From Chlorobiota bacterium (GTDB taxonomy: Bacteria > Bacteroidota > Ignavibacteria > Kapaibacteriales > UBA2268), in the NCBI GenBank assembly GCA_046290495.1, contig JBKAGT010000005.1:1602270-1666269 (forward strand): a DNA stretch of 64,000 nt, given 5' to 3'. How positions within the stretch are numbered: position 1 is the stretch's first letter; the number at the start of each line of letters is the position of its first letter. A program made the position numbers and the translations under genes. Of this stretch, positions 1 to 9,149 are shown piece by piece. The notes under the pieces are model-generated. The model did no database searches. It saw only the letters and a program-made list of their open reading frames with translations, and was not told the origin of the DNA.

Positions 1-235
1 GGATTCTCATTTTATCTTTACCCGAAATTGTATACGATATATTTAATTCTCTAAGTAAGTTTGATATAAATTCAAACCCTTCAAATTCCAATTCTGATAC
101 ATATTTAGAAATAATATCTAATTTTAGAGTTGAATCAATATATTTACTTATAAATGAATTATCATATAATTCTAAAAATTTAAAATTTTTTAAATGTGGC
201 CTTATTAAGGATGGCAAGGTGAAATTTGTCTTCAT
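1..235 (-). CDS. hypothetical protein, partial (N-terminal part; gene runs off the window start)
   Basis: ATG at 235..233 on the minus strand opens a frame (MKTNFTLPSLIRPHLKNFKFLELYDNSF...) that stays open to position 1. It is absent from the ORF track because it is truncated. No recognisable domain. Confidence 0.3.
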   Translation of the reverse strand, partial: MKTNFTLPSLIRPHLKNFKFLELYDNSFISKYIDSTLKLDIISKYVSELEFEGFEFISNLLRELNISYTISGKDKMRI

Positions 236-344
236 ATCATTTGTTGAATTTTATTATTAACCTTTTTATAATCGTTCTAAATAGTATAGATATTAGAAAT
301 ACATTTTTTTCAGTGATTAATGGTGGAGTTTCGTAAGATAAAAA

Positions 345-415
345 CGGCTGGATACCTAGTGAGGTTTGTATATGTTGTCATAATGTGGATATTGTCAGTA
401 CCAGCCGAATTTTTT
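345..415 (-). terminator. putative rho-independent terminator downstream of the phytase-like gene
   Basis: Inverted repeat cggctgg (345..351) / ccagccg (401..407) with a long loop. On the minus strand the stem is followed by a T-run (complement of aaaaa at 340..344). It lies just 3' of the stop at 443. Confidence 0.35.
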
Positions 416-442
416 ATCTTTTTAAAGAACAACAAAAGAGTT

Positions 443-1534
443 TTAATTACACTTTATTTCAAGCTTAGAAAATAGCTTTTCTAAATCAAACTTACTAACT
501 CCGCCATCGTCGTGAACCATAATAAAGATACCATCATCATGACCTTCAAATTCATTTTGAGTTAACCATACACCATCAGTATTCTGAGTAGTTTTAGTTT
601 TGAACGAAGTCAGATAGTTTATAGACTTACGCTCAAACACATGAACAGTGTTATCACCTTTACTTTGGTCTGTAGCAAACCAAAAACCATCTCCATTACC
701 ACAGTCGTATAGGGCTATACCCTCGACTTGGTGGATGAACTGACCTGAACCTATGCTTTTAATAAATTTGCCAGAGTTTATATCATAGATCTTGATATTT
801 TTATTCAGATTACTCTCGTCAGCAATTAACAACACATTGTTTTCAGGGTCAGCAAAAATTGATTCAACTACAAACAACCTCCCTTCACCATTTGTTTCGC
901 CTATGCTTCTGATATACTTAGAAGTCAATTTTCCATTTTTGTAATCAAAGACATATTCTTTCACTCTTTCATCTAATATCTTATTATTCGTAGGAGCTAC
1001 TTCATCATCTGACTCATAGTCATCTGTTACAAACAGTGAATATCCATTTTCGATCTTATGTACCGAGAGACCGTAAGGTTTCTTCAGTTCTTTTTCTCCG
1101 ATAAATCCAACAGATTTGAAATCAGGAACAGTTAAGACTTGCACTCTTTGGTTGTCTCTCTCGACAACTAAAGCCAAATCATCTATCACCCATATACCAT
1201 TGGGTCTGCTGAACTCATACCCCTCTTCTTTACCTAGCTTCTTCACCTTGCTCAAATCATTAGCATCATAGATTTGTAAGAAATCTTTGTGCTTAGAAGT
1301 AGCAATGATATATTCTTTGTCACCCTCATTGAAAAAAGCTGGTGAATCAATATTATCATTGTCGTCCCACTCAGATACTGCATCTTCACTTATAACAATG
1401 TAATCCGTCTCTTTGCTTTTGTCTTGTTCTTTTTGTGTTACAGTTTCAGCTTGTTTTTCTACCTTTCCTTCATTTTTACAAGAAGTGAATGCCAAAAACG
1501 CCGCTAATACAGTTATCTTAATCATATTTTTCAT
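443..1534 (-). CDS. beta-propeller phytase-like lipoprotein (3-phytase family)
   Basis: 363 aa with signal peptide and lipobox (LAFTSC). Blocks resembling Bacillus-type beta-propeller phytase: ..EGIALYDCG.., DQSKGDNTVHVFER, NTDGVW, GIFIMVHDDG. Lies 20 nt downstream of a TonB-dependent receptor, a known pairing for this phytase class. Confidence 0.6.
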   Translation of the reverse strand: MKNMIKITVLAAFLAFTSCKNEGKVEKQAETVTQKEQDKSKETDYIVISEDAVSEWDDNDNIDSPAFFNEGDKEYIIATSKHKDFLQIYDANDLSKVKKLGKEEGYEFSRPNGIWVIDDLALVVERDNQRVQVLTVPDFKSVGFIGEKELKKPYGLSVHKIENGYSLFVTDDYESDDEVAPTNNKILDERVKEYVFDYKNGKLTSKYIRSIGETNGEGRLFVVESIFADPENNVLLIADESNLNKNIKIYDINSGKFIKSIGSGQFIHQVEGIALYDCGNGDGFWFATDQSKGDNTVHVFERKSINYLTSFKTKTTQNTDGVWLTQNEFEGHDDGIFIMVHDDGGVSKFDLEKLFSKLEIKCN

Positions 1535-1554
1535 ATTGTTATCGCCTCATCTTA

Positions 1555-4344
1555 TTAAAGATTATACTTCATACCAAAAGTGAATCTGCTATTGTAATAT
1601 TCTAATTGCATTACTCTACTGCTAACACCTTGGTAATATCTTAAAGGTTGATTAGTTAGATTGTTAGCTTCAAAAAACACACTGAATTGATCATCAAACT
1701 TGTAAGAGCCATTTACATCCAAGAAAAACTGTTCATCGTAGTAGCTATCATTTCTTGCTTCGTCGCCAAGTTCATCAATATAATCCGATGCATAATTCCC
1801 AGAAACTCTAAGAGTCAGATCCTCATTTTCCCATGAAATTGAAGCATTGAAAGTATGCTCTGCAGTACCTGGTAAACTCAAATCTTCATCATCTCTATCT
1901 TCTAAACTTAAACCGTCAACAGTTGAGTTTGTAAAAGTATAATTAGTATACAAGTTTAAATATTTCAAGAATGAAGGTAAGAAGTCCAATCTTCTTTGGA
2001 ATGCTATTTCAGCCCCCATAATTGTTGCTTCAGCACCGTTTCTTGTAGTTGTATACTCATCATAAGTAAAACCATCAGTTGGGTCAGTGTAGTCGTTTAA
2101 GTTGTAATCATAGATGAAATCTGTTAGACCTTTGTAGAATGCCCCTATTGACAATATACCAACAGACTCATAGTAATGTTCGAACATCAAATCAAAATTC
2201 ATTGCTTTAGTTGGTTCCAATGCAGGGTTACCTTCTTCTAATTCTCTTTGGTCTCCATCTAATACTATAGATCGGTAAGGAGCAATATCATAGTAATTTG
2301 GTCTTGCTATCGAATTTGACCAAGCAAACCTTAGTATATCATACTGACTAAATTTATACTTAGTATGGATAGAAGGAAGTATATTTACATAATCATCAGT
2401 ACCCTGAGTAGGAGTGATAGTAGTTGTTTCGCTTTCTTCATCTATAACTAATTTATTTGCATTGTAAGTCAATGAAGTTGCTTCTAACCTAACTCCATAT
2501 AGTAAGTTAAACTTGTCCGAAAACTCATGTCTAGACATTATATAACCAGCATAAATATCTTCATTTGCATCGAAATTACCTGGTACATATTCTTCAATTA
2601 CATCTTCTTTATCAAACTTCGATGCATCTTGTAAGTCTAAATTACCAAGTACCTCACGAGAAACGAAATCACCCGCAACATAGTCACCCGGCAAGAAATT
2701 ATCTTTAGTTTTATTAGCCGCACCATTTTTAAACAATGTTTCAAACTCAGACTCATAAGCATCAGTAGGTGAATATTCGAAGAAATCATTGTCTCTTAAT
2801 TTTGATTTCAATCTGAATCTACCACCAAAGCTAACTTTTGTATTATTCCAGTTAATAGGAACTTTAAAATCAATTCTACCATTGAAATCTACATCTTCTG
2901 TGTATTGGTTTGTTTCTTCTATTTTATCGAAACCATAGCTGCTAAAATTGTCGAATTGGTTGTCATAGCTTACATTAGGCTTTTCAAGAGAACCTAAAAG
3001 TTGACCTACTGGCACATCTTCAATATTAACATCTATATATCTTTCATTTGGTCTGTCCTCGGAAGCTAATGCATAGTTTGCTCCCCAGTTCATTTCGACT
3101 GAGTTAAATAGAAGATGCTCACCATTGATAGCATAATTCATTGTTTCTTGAGCTTCCAACCTTGCAAAGTCAGTTCTGCCTTCGCCACTACCACCTTTAG
3201 TTTGTCTTACTATTTCGGTGATATATCTGCCATCTTCCAAATCATCGAATCTGTATCTGGTTCTATATCTATTTTCCCAATCATCTCTATGATTGAATAT
3301 ACCATTAATATTTATGAAATTATTAGCATCGAATTCATAATCAAAACCTAATGAAACGGAAGAACGAACACGTTGCACCTCGTACTGTCTGATTTGGAAA
3401 TCACTAAGAAACTCATTTCCATCATCATCGAAGTCCCACTCTGCTTCTATATTGTCTGAACCAAGTGTGTGGTTGTTATAAGAACCACTAACTACAAATC
3501 CAAGTTTTCCATCCAAATATCTATCACCATACACCAAAGCACCATTCCAAATAGGAACTTCACTTAATGCATTATAACCAGAGCCCAATGTTACAGATAG
3601 TCTCTCTTTACTTGGTGAGTTACGAGTAACTAAGTTAATAGAACCACCAATCGCATCAGCATCCATATCTGGTGTTAGTGCTTTACTAACTTCGATTGAC
3701 TCTACCATGTCTGCAGATACTAAATCTAACTGAACCTCTCTATTTTCTGCTTCAGCAGATGGGATTCTATTGCCATTTATTGTTACAGAATTTAGACGAG
3801 CAGAAGTACCCCTAATTAAACCAAAACGAGCCTCGCCTTGGTCGTTTTGCACTGTTATACCTGCTACTCTTTTTAATGCGTCCCCAACATTTGCATCTGG
3901 GAATCTACCAACTTGGTCTGCAGAAATTATATTCGTAATATTTTGTTTGTTTTTTTGAGTGTTAAGTGCTTTAGATTGGCCTTTTAGACCATCACCTAAT
4001 ACTACTAATTCATCTGTTTGAACCGCACCCACTGAAAGGGCAAAATCTAAAGTTTTAGTAATATTATCTGTAAGTGTAACAGTATCTTTTTGGGTCAAAT
4101 AACCAATATAACTGACAGTTATTACTTGCTCACCTTCAGGTGCTTTGACTATAGTATATTTTCCAACTTTGTCAGTTATTGCTCCGAACTTTGTTCCTTC
4201 TATTTTAACAACTGCCCCTGGCAAATAGAATCCAGTTTGTGCGTCAATAACTTGACCAGTTAGTACACCCTTTGATTGGTTTGCTGTTGCTAAGGTCACA
4301 CTTACTACTAATAGTAACATCAGTTTTAGTAATACTTTACTCAT
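1555..4344 (-). CDS. TonB-dependent outer-membrane receptor with N-terminal carboxypeptidase-regulatory-like domain
   Basis: 929 aa with signal peptide. CarboxypepD_reg-like segment GVLTGQVIDAQTGFYLPGAVVKIEG, plug-like segment NIISADQVGRFPDANVGDALKRVAGI, and a long beta-barrel region. Confidence 0.9.
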   Translation of the reverse strand: MSKVLLKLMLLLVVSVTLATANQSKGVLTGQVIDAQTGFYLPGAVVKIEGTKFGAITDKVGKYTIVKAPEGEQVITVSYIGYLTQKDTVTLTDNITKTLDFALSVGAVQTDELVVLGDGLKGQSKALNTQKNKQNITNIISADQVGRFPDANVGDALKRVAGITVQNDQGEARFGLIRGTSARLNSVTINGNRIPSAEAENREVQLDLVSADMVESIEVSKALTPDMDADAIGGSINLVTRNSPSKERLSVTLGSGYNALSEVPIWNGALVYGDRYLDGKLGFVVSGSYNNHTLGSDNIEAEWDFDDDGNEFLSDFQIRQYEVQRVRSSVSLGFDYEFDANNFININGIFNHRDDWENRYRTRYRFDDLEDGRYITEIVRQTKGGSGEGRTDFARLEAQETMNYAINGEHLLFNSVEMNWGANYALASEDRPNERYIDVNIEDVPVGQLLGSLEKPNVSYDNQFDNFSSYGFDKIEETNQYTEDVDFNGRIDFKVPINWNNTKVSFGGRFRLKSKLRDNDFFEYSPTDAYESEFETLFKNGAANKTKDNFLPGDYVAGDFVSREVLGNLDLQDASKFDKEDVIEEYVPGNFDANEDIYAGYIMSRHEFSDKFNLLYGVRLEATSLTYNANKLVIDEESETTTITPTQGTDDYVNILPSIHTKYKFSQYDILRFAWSNSIARPNYYDIAPYRSIVLDGDQRELEEGNPALEPTKAMNFDLMFEHYYESVGILSIGAFYKGLTDFIYDYNLNDYTDPTDGFTYDEYTTTRNGAEATIMGAEIAFQRRLDFLPSFLKYLNLYTNYTFTNSTVDGLSLEDRDDEDLSLPGTAEHTFNASISWENEDLTLRVSGNYASDYIDELGDEARNDSYYDEQFFLDVNGSYKFDDQFSVFFEANNLTNQPLRYYQGVSSRVMQLEYYNSRFTFGMKYNL

Positions 4345-4426
4345 TATTAATCCTATAATAGTTTGAATATTTGTTTAAATTATTAAGCTAAACTATAATT
4401 CAATTGTTAGAATTAATGAAGTATTT

Positions 4427-4443
4427 GGTTAATGTTTTGTTAA
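4427..4443 (-). promoter_or_regulatory. candidate Pho-box-like direct repeat (TTAACA-N5-TTAACC on the minus strand) upstream of the receptor gene
   Basis: Plus strand ggttaa (4427..4432) and tgttaa (4438..4443), 11 bp start-to-start, about 85-100 nt upstream of the receptor start codon (4344). Resembles the 11-bp-periodic TT(A/T/C)ACA repeats bound by PhoP in Bacillus. Confidence 0.2.
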
Positions 4444-4478
4444 ATAGCTTCTATTATTTATTTAGTAAAGGGGGATTT

Positions 4479-6173
4479 CTAAAGAAAAGCAATTCTTCTC
4501 AAATTATTAAGTTTTACAATTAAATCACCAGTTATTGCAATTACAGCTGGTTTAGGTATATTATCTTTATCAAAAGGCCACTTACTAGTCGGGTTTTCTA
4601 AATCAGTTGTTTCGCTGCCTGGGTGTTGTACACTTAGGAATAATGTTTTACCGTCAGGCGAGAACCAAGGCCCAGTTAACTCGGCATCTCTTGGTGCAGA
4701 TATAACTCGTATTATCTTTCCAGCATCTTTGCCGTATCTAGGAATAACAAACAGACTATTATTTTTGAATGACATATATGGCTTATCTTCTTTGTTCATA
4801 GCGCTACCCGAAATATCGGTAGTCATCCATAGATTTCCTGAGTGATCGAATGCTAGGTTATCAGGACAAGAGAAACCATTTTCATCTCCACCTGCTAAAT
4901 AAGTTGAAGCTTTGAAAGTAAGAGAGTCAAATTTGCCGTCAGCTTCTTCTATTTTTAGAATAGAACCGTGATAGTCTCCTTTTGGTTTGTTGTTTGTCAA
5001 TGTAACTAATATATGCCCAGTAATTGGGTCTATCTCTATGTCCTCAGGTCTGTTTAGCTCAGTAGCACCAATTACTTTTGATGCTTCCCTTGTCCGAATA
5101 AGTACTTCAGTTTGGTTAGCAAACTTATCTTTCAATAAGGGTTGACTTTCCCAGTCAAGAGGAAGCCATTTGCCATTAACAGTATCCGCTACATAGAGAG
5201 TACCCTCTTTCAGAGAACCTGGACTTGAAGAAATGAACTTATACAAATGTTCATCATTTGAATCATCACCAGTATAGGCGACTACTCTTTTGTCCTCTAA
5301 CTCATATATTGTGCAACACTCATGAGAGAATCTACCCAATGCTATATGCTTTTGAGCTTCACCAGTCATTGGATCAACTTCTACTACCCATCCATAATGC
5401 TCAGGGGGGTAGTCGTAAAACTTTTCCCAACCATATTCGCTATCTATGTGTGTTGGTTTATTATCTGAATCATATTTCGTTTCACCAAAAAAGCCATCAT
5501 AATTTTCTTCGCATGTAAGAATAGTATTCCAAGGAGTAATACCACCAGCACAGTTACTGTTAGTTCCTATTACTGTGTCTTTTCCTTTTATTTTTTTTTC
5601 CCAGTTTAGCTTTATAAGTGTTTTTGCTGTTATTCTTCTGTTGAGTGGGTCATTTTTTACAATATTCCACTCGCCATTTTCTTCTTTTATCCTTACTATA
5701 GTGCCGCCAACATTATACATTTCTTTGTCGATTTGCTCTTTTGTTCTCAGCTCCATTGGGTCGTCATAGCTATCAAAGTCATAATCTGATACAAATAGAG
5801 GATTTACATATTCATGGTTTACCCACAATAATCCGTCTTTGGGGTTCGATTTGTCCAGAGGAATAAAACAGAGATAATCATTATTAAAACCAAATGTATC
5901 TTTTCGGCTAATCTTATCTCCCCATTTAATTATAGTGTGATATTCTAGTCCTTTGGTTAGAACCAAGTCATCCCTATCGGTTGGCTTGAGGTGAACTATT
6001 GGTAGATTTTTCAAACTTTCTAAGTATTCCTCATTAGGAATAGAATTTTCGTCTGGATTGCTGCTGTTCCCACAGCTAGTTAAGAAAGGTGGCACCACTA
6101 AAGCGAATAAACTTGCTTGACCCAAGAATTTTAGAAACTCCTTTCTGCTATATTTTTTTTCTTTATTATTCAT
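4479..6173 (-). CDS. phoX: PhoX-family alkaline phosphatase (DUF839), Tat-signal/lipobox N-terminus
   Basis: 564 aa. N-terminus has a Tat-like SRKEFLKF motif and a lipobox (LTSC). Carries the hallmark PhoX motif GTNSNCAGGITPWNTILTCEEN. Confidence 0.85.
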   Translation of the reverse strand: MNNKEKKYSRKEFLKFLGQASLFALVVPPFLTSCGNSSNPDENSIPNEEYLESLKNLPIVHLKPTDRDDLVLTKGLEYHTIIKWGDKISRKDTFGFNNDYLCFIPLDKSNPKDGLLWVNHEYVNPLFVSDYDFDSYDDPMELRTKEQIDKEMYNVGGTIVRIKEENGEWNIVKNDPLNRRITAKTLIKLNWEKKIKGKDTVIGTNSNCAGGITPWNTILTCEENYDGFFGETKYDSDNKPTHIDSEYGWEKFYDYPPEHYGWVVEVDPMTGEAQKHIALGRFSHECCTIYELEDKRVVAYTGDDSNDEHLYKFISSSPGSLKEGTLYVADTVNGKWLPLDWESQPLLKDKFANQTEVLIRTREASKVIGATELNRPEDIEIDPITGHILVTLTNNKPKGDYHGSILKIEEADGKFDSLTFKASTYLAGGDENGFSCPDNLAFDHSGNLWMTTDISGSAMNKEDKPYMSFKNNSLFVIPRYGKDAGKIIRVISAPRDAELTGPWFSPDGKTLFLSVQHPGSETTDLENPTSKWPFDKDNIPKPAVIAITGDLIVKLNNLRRIAFL

Positions 6174-6639
6174 TTGTTTAAATGATTTATTTAAAAATAT
6201 AAATTTTTGGTAGCTTCAGATTCCAAATTAAGTTTTTACAATCTAAAAAAAAACAATCTCTACTAACTGTTTATTATTTATTTCTCTATTCATATATTTA
6301 TCCCTCGTTTTTATAAGTTGACATAGAATATTAAACAACAATTCTATTGCTAAATCAAAGTAATATGATTAAAGAGAAATAATGACTGGTCTACTAATCA
6401 TATAATTTATAAAGATTATTATTAATAGTCGATTTAATTATTATTGAATAATTTATACAGTAAAATCCAGCTCAACTCTTATACTAATAAAAAATAAGAA
6501 TGGTTGTAAACTGTAGGTTTGCAAAATGAAAGTGAAGATTTAAGAAATGCTAAAATAAAAATGTTAAGTATATTGTTAATTCTAATACTTGTAGTATAGA
6601 TAATTAATTGTAAAATAAGTATTTAGCATTTATACTATT

Positions 6640-6810
6640 CATTCGCTGGCGGAGGTGGCTTTTGCTAATAGCAAAAGACGGAGGTGGACAAATAAGTCAT
6701 TGCGAACGAAGTGTGGCAATCTATTTTGAGACAGCCACGTCCTTTCAGTCCTCGCTGTGACATTCTATTTCTCTCCTGTCAGTACAAGCTCTAGCAATCT
6801 ATTTTGAAAA
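6640..6810. repeat. GC-richer structured island inside a 653-nt AT-rich spacer (REP-like or small-RNA candidate)
   Basis: cggaggtgg occurs twice (6650..6658, 6679..6687), flanking the palindrome cttttgcta-a-tagcaaaag (6659..6677). An imperfect ~75-nt palindrome runs from gtcattgcga to tcgctgtgac (6696..6771). gcaatctattttga is repeated at 6716..6729 and 6794..6807. Confidence 0.35.
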
Positions 6811-6826
6811 GCTGATGATATAGTGT

Positions 6827-7450
6827 CTATCTTGGATTCAGTGACGTCGAATCTCTAACAATACCTGGATTGAGTTCAAAGATATTTTTTATCTCGTTTT
6901 CATTAAGCATTGAAGTCGATATATTAGTTTGAGTAGCTCCTTCCATAACATCAATGAATATCGTATCGCCTTTGAAAATTCTATATTTACCTATATTAGT
7001 AAGATCCTGACATTTAAATGTAGCAACTTGATAATAAAATTTTGCTGTACTATCAACTGTTTCTTTTAGATGATTTGTTTTTATTCTTAAAACAACCTTT
7101 TGCTTGGGTTCAATAATAGCAAGATTCATCTGAAATTCATTTAGCTTGCCTTTGATTGGGTTACCTAAAGCACTAGTATTTTCTTTAAAATCATATTTAA
7201 AACCAGTGTCACTTGCCACAACTAAGTTTAAAAATGGATTATTTATGAATATGCTTAAAAACTCAGAATTTGATGAATGATTATCAACTTCTTTAAAGAT
7301 AATCCAAGAATCTAAGAAAATGAATTTGTCAATTGTATCCGAATTTGTGAATGTTATATCTAACTCTTGGACTGGATTTTCGTCTTCCATACACGATGTA
7401 ACAAGGAGCAGTAGAGGGATTATAACTATATATCTCTTCATTAGTTTCAT
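6827..7450 (-). CDS. hypothetical lipoprotein
   Basis: 207-aa ORF with signal peptide and lipobox (LLVTSC). No recognisable domain. Confidence 0.55.
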   Translation of the reverse strand: MKLMKRYIVIIPLLLLVTSCMEDENPVQELDITFTNSDTIDKFIFLDSWIIFKEVDNHSSNSEFLSIFINNPFLNLVVASDTGFKYDFKENTSALGNPIKGKLNEFQMNLAIIEPKQKVVLRIKTNHLKETVDSTAKFYYQVATFKCQDLTNIGKYRIFKGDTIFIDVMEGATQTNISTSMLNENEIKNIFELNPGIVRDSTSLNPR

Positions 7451-7460
7451 CTTAGAATTA

Positions 7461-8192
7461 TTAAGTAATGATATAATAGACCAAGGCTATTAATAAATTA
7501 AAACTAAGAACTCGCTTAATTGTAACGATATCAATATTGAAGAGATCTCTAATTTGAGATTTGAATAAAATCAATAACAACCCAAGATAAAAGAGTATTT
7601 TTACGACATTCGTATAAAGAGGAGGAATATAGAATAAAAAATCGGCAACCGTAGTAATTTCGTTGTCAGTTTCCCAAAATGGGGTCTGTTCCCAGTAAAT
7701 TATAACAAAAATAAGATTCATAATTACAATATTGGAAAAGTATAACTCAAATATAATCCAACCCCATTTGCGTTTATTCCATAATAGCCACAAAAATAAT
7801 GGGAAAGCGATTATCTCTGCAATTTTCAAAAAAGTAAAAATATCAAATAAACCATCGCTTAGAATAAATAAAGTGAAACTCAAATCATTATAGAGATTAT
7901 ATAAGTAAGAAAGTAATAGGAATACAGTCATAACACCTATAATTTTTTCATACTTTCCTTTCCTAACTATAGATAGGTGAATGTCATGAGCAAAACCTTT
8001 TAACTTGGATATAAATTTATTAGGTGCATTATCGTTAGCTGAACTTTTAGATTTACTTGCTTCTATTCCCCTTTCACTTAGCTCATTTTCAGCAGCTTCT
8101 ATGGCAACTTCGTCGAACTGATTTCTATTCTGAATTATTTCGATCAGCTCTGAATCTTTGAGGTTTTTAAACTTTTCTTCGTAAGATTTCAT
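7461..8192 (-). CDS. hypothetical integral membrane protein
   Basis: 243-aa ORF. Soluble helical N-terminus (~80 aa) followed by several hydrophobic segments. Confidence 0.55.
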   Translation of the reverse strand: MKSYEEKFKNLKDSELIEIIQNRNQFDEVAIEAAENELSERGIEASKSKSSANDNAPNKFISKLKGFAHDIHLSIVRKGKYEKIIGVMTVFLLLSYLYNLYNDLSFTLFILSDGLFDIFTFLKIAEIIAFPLFLWLLWNKRKWGWIIFELYFSNIVIMNLIFVIIYWEQTPFWETDNEITTVADFLFYIPPLYTNVVKILFYLGLLLILFKSQIRDLFNIDIVTIKRVLSFNLLIALVYYIIT

Positions 8193-8224
8193 TATTGTTT
8201 GTTTTTAGTAATTCGAGTTCATAC

Positions 8225-8263
8225 TCCAATATAACAAAAAAGCAGTACCTAATTAAAGATACT
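8225..8263. repeat. 39-nt repeat, copy 1 (tccaatataacaaaaaagcagtacctaattaaagatact)
   Basis: Differs at one position from the copy at 9961..9999. Sits 33 nt upstream of the minus-strand start codon at 8192. Confidence 0.8.
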
Positions 8264-8367
8264 ACTTATATTATTTTTCATATATTTGTACAACTTATTA
8301 TTGATTGATTAAGAAAATTACAAATCCAATCTAACAGTTTTATTCTCAAAAGAACCCATTTAATATA

Positions 8368-8916
8368 ATGAATTACAAAATATTTTTTGTCCTATTAATT
8401 ATTTTTAGTCTAACAACTAGCTGCTCTTCTCAAAAGCAAATTAGTAAGAACAAAGAGAAACCCAATTTTAATAAAGATAACACAACATCAATTGTAGAAA
8501 CTTCAGGTGGAATAATCAGAATTCCAGGTTTGTGGGAACCTTTTCATTATGACGAAACGAGCAGACAACACTTTTTGCGGAACCCAAAAGGAGTAATCAT
8601 TGGAATAGCTCAAAATCTTCAAAAAGCCTATCCATTTTTTAAAAAAGGTATGAGTGGTTATAATTTTATAAAGACATATACTAATTGGGATATAGATTAT
8701 CAGAATGAAAATGGCAATAATGCAAAGATAATTAGATCAAATATCGAAGACGAGTATCAAATTTGGACATTCAAAGATAAAGAAGAAATAGTCAATGTCT
8801 TTCTATATGGAATTAATGGAAATTACGTTCTAAATTTACTCGTATATACCAACGATTGGGAAGAAAATAAAACAATAGATTTTCTAAAAGAGACCTATAA
8901 TTTAAATAAAAAATGA
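8368..8916 (+). CDS. hypothetical lipoprotein
   Basis: 182-aa ORF with signal peptide and lipobox (LTTSC). Confidence 0.55.
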   Translation: MNYKIFFVLLIIFSLTTSCSSQKQISKNKEKPNFNKDNTTSIVETSGGIIRIPGLWEPFHYDETSRQHFLRNPKGVIIGIAQNLQKAYPFFKKGMSGYNFIKTYTNWDIDYQNENGNNAKIIRSNIEDEYQIWTFKDKEEIVNVFLYGINGNYVLNLLVYTNDWEENKTIDFLKETYNLNKK

Positions 8917-8936
8917 ATAAGCATAATGCATAGATT

Positions 8937-9149
8937 TCACTCAGACTCAAAGAAATCTAAATCAATTTCTCTAACTTTGTATGTGTTTTTTATTTGAACA
9001 CCGACGTTATATTCGTGCATTAAGTCACTCAACTTTTCTCTATCAATAAGAATTATTGTGTTATTCTTACTATCAGATACATTCTTCTGTTCAGAGCCTT
9101 TTGTCTGGCAACTTATCAAAAAGATTGCTGTTATTAATAATTTTATCAT
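8937..9149 (-). CDS. small hypothetical lipoprotein
   Basis: 70-aa ORF with lipobox (FLISC). Its start overlaps the stop of the upstream gene as ATGA (9146..9149). Confidence 0.4.
   Translation of the reverse strand: MIKLLITAIFLISCQTKGSEQKNVSDSKNNTIILIDREKLSDLMHEYNVGVQIKNTYKVREIDLDFFESE

Noticed and set aside
3115-5769. Short plus-strand ORFs (3115-3351, 3770-3958, 5258-5518, 5575-5769) inside the receptor and PhoX genes
   Set aside because: They lie antisense to long minus-strand genes with clear family signatures. Their sequences are low-complexity and hydrophobic, typical of shadow ORFs.
6650-6687. Two ggaggtgg motifs as possible 16S rRNA fragments or a tRNA-like gene in the long spacer
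   Set aside because: No cloverleaf can be drawn and there is no extended rRNA-like sequence. The motif is only 8-9 nt, so I treated it as part of a repeat or structured island.
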